Shown here in pieces: positions 8,867 through 10,886 of a stretch of DNA of 10,886 bases. Origin of the DNA: Amoeboradix gromovi X-113 (lineage: Eukaryota > Fungi > Sanchytriomycota); the NCBI GenBank assembly GCA_018985225.1, contig JADGIF010000327.1, positions 1 to 10,886 of the forward strand, given 5' to 3'. Numbering within the stretch: position 1 is the stretch's first letter; every line of letters begins with the position of its first letter. Made by a program: the position numbers and the translations under genes. The notes beneath the pieces are model-generated. The model had not been told where the DNA came from, did not search any database, and saw nothing but the letters and a program-made list of their open reading frames with translations.

Positions 8867-9871
8867 CTACTCTTGCATTGCATCCATTTGTATGTTTGCA
8901 AAATAAGAATGTGCCATCGCCTCTTTTGCATTAAGTCTAGCATGATGATCGAACTTCAAAAGCTTATCCAAGAAATCAATAGCTTGCTCAGTAGCGAAAT
9001 GTCTATTCTCGTTAGTTATGAACTTGCTCCACGGTTTCTTTGAATATTTGCCCAATATTCCGTCAAAATGAGCATCCAACTTAATTCCATATTTTATGAT
9101 GTATGCTTCAAATTCCTGAGTACCTAATACTTTAACTATCTTAACCAGCTGATCATAATTATCACTTCCTTGAAAAAATGGTTCCTTCTTAAAAATCATA
9201 CTAGCGAACATGCAACCCAGAGACCATAAATCTAAAGAGTAGTCATACAGTTGGTAGTCAACTAATAGTTCTGGTCCCTTAAAATAGCGACTAGCCACTC
9301 TGACGTTGTATTTTGTGTTTGGATGATAGAATTCTGCCAAACCCCAATCTATTAATCTTAACTGTCTGTTAGGATGGTCAATCATTATATTGTGTGGTTT
9401 TACGTCTCTGTGCATAATACCCATAGAGTGGCAATAGTCTAAGGCAATCAAAACTTGGTAAATGTAAAATTCAATTTCTTTAGGAGAAAGAGTAGGATAC
9501 AGCACTTTAAAATCCAAATTATCAATATACTCAAAGATCAAGGAGGGAGTCTTAGAGATAGGATCTCTAGTCATGTCATATAAATGTACAACATTTGGAC
9601 CAGACTTCAAATTTTGCAAAATTAAGAGTTCTCTTTTAATCTTCTTCTTCTTTACTGGCTTCAATACTTTAATAACGATATCACTATTATCTACAATGTT
9701 AGTTCCTTTAAAGACTTCGCTGTACTTACCACGACCAACCTTCTTAATTATCTCATAATTGTTTGGTAAGTTCCATTGAATGTCGTAGTTCTCATAATCC
9801 CAGTATTCAGCTGGTCTCTGAGAAAGCACATTTGCATAAACGGTTGCCGTGGAAGAAGCAGGAATCGACAT
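8867..9871 (-). CDS. cka1: Casein kinase II catalytic subunit alpha
   Basis: [64 protein letters not shown]. Complete and intronless. Confidence 0.98.
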   Translation of the reverse strand: MSIPASSTATVYANVLSQRPAEYWDYENYDIQWNLPNNYEIIKKVGRGKYSEVFKGTNIVDNSDIVIKVLKPVKKKKIKRELLILQNLKSGPNVVHLYDMTRDPISKTPSLIFEYIDNLDFKVLYPTLSPKEIEFYIYQVLIALDYCHSMGIMHRDVKPHNIMIDHPNRQLRLIDWGLAEFYHPNTKYNVRVASRYFKGPELLVDYQLYDYSLDLWSLGCMFASMIFKKEPFFQGSDNYDQLVKIVKVLGTQEFEAYIIKYGIKLDAHFDGILGKYSKKPWSKFITNENRHFATEQAIDFLDKLLKFDHHARLNAKEAMAHSYFANIQMDAMQE

Positions 9872-10070
9872 CTTTGTTTGACCCTGATTTATGATTCATG
9901 TAACGTGCTACAAAGTTGTATTATATCCAGAAGAGCTCAAGTTTGATTAGGCATCAGATTATCAATGTAATAACAACCTTTCTGGCTTCGTAGCAATAGA
10001 ACTGATATTAAGTTGTTGCTAGAGATTAATACCATTTTTTGGGATTACAGTTATATCAATCTAAGCAGAT

Positions 10071-10250
10071 TCAAATAGCATTGAGTAATATAAAACGTGC
10101 TAAATTATATATCACAGGCGTGATCAAGGAAAATTTCGAAACAGCAATGCTAGTTAGAAGTATTCACTAGTCGTTTTAAATTTTAGGAAAAGAAAAAGTA
10201 ACTTAAAAACTAAATGCTTTACTGGGATGCTGCATAACGCATAAACTTGG
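10071..10250 (-). pseudogene. Putative decayed TnpB/Fanzor 3' fragment
   Basis: Reads HCCFEIFLDHA-C-DI then, after one extra base, NLARFILLNAI*. Reverting tgt->cgt and tta->tca gives RDINSARFILL, with the same 'FIL' as family B. A faint SLC-x-LCS lies near 10230-10247. A downstream hairpin lies at 9991-10021. Confidence 0.4.
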
Positions 10251-10270
10251 TCTGAAGATACTTATTTGGG

Positions 10271-10588
10271 TCACCTTTTCGCGTACTTCAGTTTATGTGT
10301 AATCTTGAAATATTCGTCTGCATGCTTTTTTGCTTTCTCCATCATATCACTCAGCTTAAAATTCTCTTTAAACTTGGGACATCCAAGCATCAAATGCCTA
10401 ACGCGAACATCTCTTCGATTGCCTGATTTAAGCGATTTACTACATAGCAAGCACTCCGCAGCATCTCCATGGGTGTTATTACTGTGCCTGTCGAGATCAC
10501 ATTTCCTTTGGAATCCCCTGCCACAGACTGTACAAACATATTGTTTGTTTATGATGTATTTCAAATCCATTTTGTGATAGGAGTTCAT
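10271..10588 (-). CDS. Small zinc-finger protein (one C2H2 finger plus one C2HC-type finger)
   Basis: YVCTVCGRGFQRKCDLDRHSNNTH is a canonical C2H2 finger. CLLC...RRDVRVRHLMLGC is a second finger ending in Cys. Confidence 0.85.
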   Translation of the reverse strand: MNSYHKMDLKYIINKQYVCTVCGRGFQRKCDLDRHSNNTHGDAAECLLCSKSLKSGNRRDVRVRHLMLGCPKFKENFKLSDMMEKAKKHADEYFKITHKLKYAKR

Positions 10589-10631
10589 GAGGAACTATGT
10601 AAGTAATAAGGGGGTGGATTATTTTTTTCAG

Positions 10632-10706
10632 ATTTGGCGACGTTAATGGGACGCCAAATATAAAAACTAGACTAACTCGTTTTTAAAGAAGGTACTCCAT
10701 ACGGAG
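10632..10706 (-). ncRNA. Three consecutive stem-loops, candidate omegaRNA scaffold of family B
   Basis: Inverted repeats on + coordinates: atttggcg/cgccaaat (10632-39/10652-59), taaaaac/gttttta (10661-67/10679-85), ctcc/ggag (10695-98/10703-06). They overlap and follow the stop of the TnpB-like frame. Confidence 0.45.
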
Positions 10707-10885
10707 GAAATCATTAATAAAAGATCTTCTATTATACCATTATACCAATTTTCTTTCATTACTTTCATTATTTTCAATCCCCTCTTCAAAATAAAACTAG
10801 AAGACCCTGTATCTCGTTCAAATATATGAGGTCTTTGAGCATCTAAGCAAAAGGTGCATTTTCTTAGACGGTACTCTTTTCTAGA
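10667..10885 (-). CDS. C-terminus of a TnpB/Fanzor-like nuclease (family B copy 1), continuing beyond the window edge
   Basis: Stop-free 72 codons: SRKEYRLRKCTFCLDAQRPHIFERDTGSSSFILKRGLKIMKVMKENWYNGIIEDLLLMISSVWSTFFKNELV*. CxxC is followed by RD-x5-ILKRGL, like the TnpB ending RDxNAAxNILKRGL. Whether the whole gene is intact cannot be seen. Confidence 0.62.
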   Translation of the reverse strand, partial: SRKEYRLRKCTFCLDAQRPHIFERDTGSSSFILKRGLKIMKVMKENWYNGIIEDLLLMISSVWSTFFKNELV

Positions 10886-10886
10886 G

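Noticed and set aside
10138-10153. agcaatgctag shared with 4539-4549
   Set aside because: An 11-mer match is expected by chance in 11 kb of AT-rich DNA, and the flanks do not align convincingly.
10632-10670. Hairpin followed by CTAG, resembling a Helitron 3' end
   Set aside because: The next base is A rather than the T expected at a Helitron AT target, and no 5' end is evident. It is better explained as the tail of the minus-strand TnpB-like frame.
1-10886. Reassigned stop codons, CRISPR array, tRNA/rRNA/snRNA
   Set aside because: Conserved genes end at TAA or TAG at the expected positions with no internal stops. No regular repeat-spacer pattern or recognisable structural RNA gene was seen.

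Overview
Gene-dense, AT-rich eukaryotic window, not prokaryotic. It looks like a compact-genome early-diverging fungus or relative (inference from CK2 alpha, POLD3 and Aladin). Six host genes: a Sel1-repeat protein (+), a secreted S1/P1 nuclease (+), the nucleoporin Aladin (-, completed only by splicing a 20-nt GT-AG intron that the ORF track misses), DNA polymerase delta subunit 3 (-), casein kinase II alpha (-) and a small zinc-finger protein (-). The unannotated signal lies in the spacers. Almost every intergenic gap holds the 3' end of a TnpB/Fanzor-type RNA-guided nuclease gene (zinc ribbon plus RuvC-III 'RDxxAAxNI'-like motif), often followed by stem-loops where the omegaRNA guide scaffold would lie. 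At least two families are visible. Family A is Fanzor2-like: a 110-codon open frame at 4491-4823 (-) and a decayed inverted copy at ~8520-8800 (+). Family B has an 'FERD' motif: an open frame running off the right edge at 10667-10885 (-) and a decayed copy at ~6934-7160 (-). Weaker relics lie at 3280-3358, 10071-10250, ~5060-5205 and possibly ~195-300. None of these relic frames appears in the supplied ORF track, except that the two weakest overlap short listed ORFs. All family assignments come from motif recognition by eye; no search was run.
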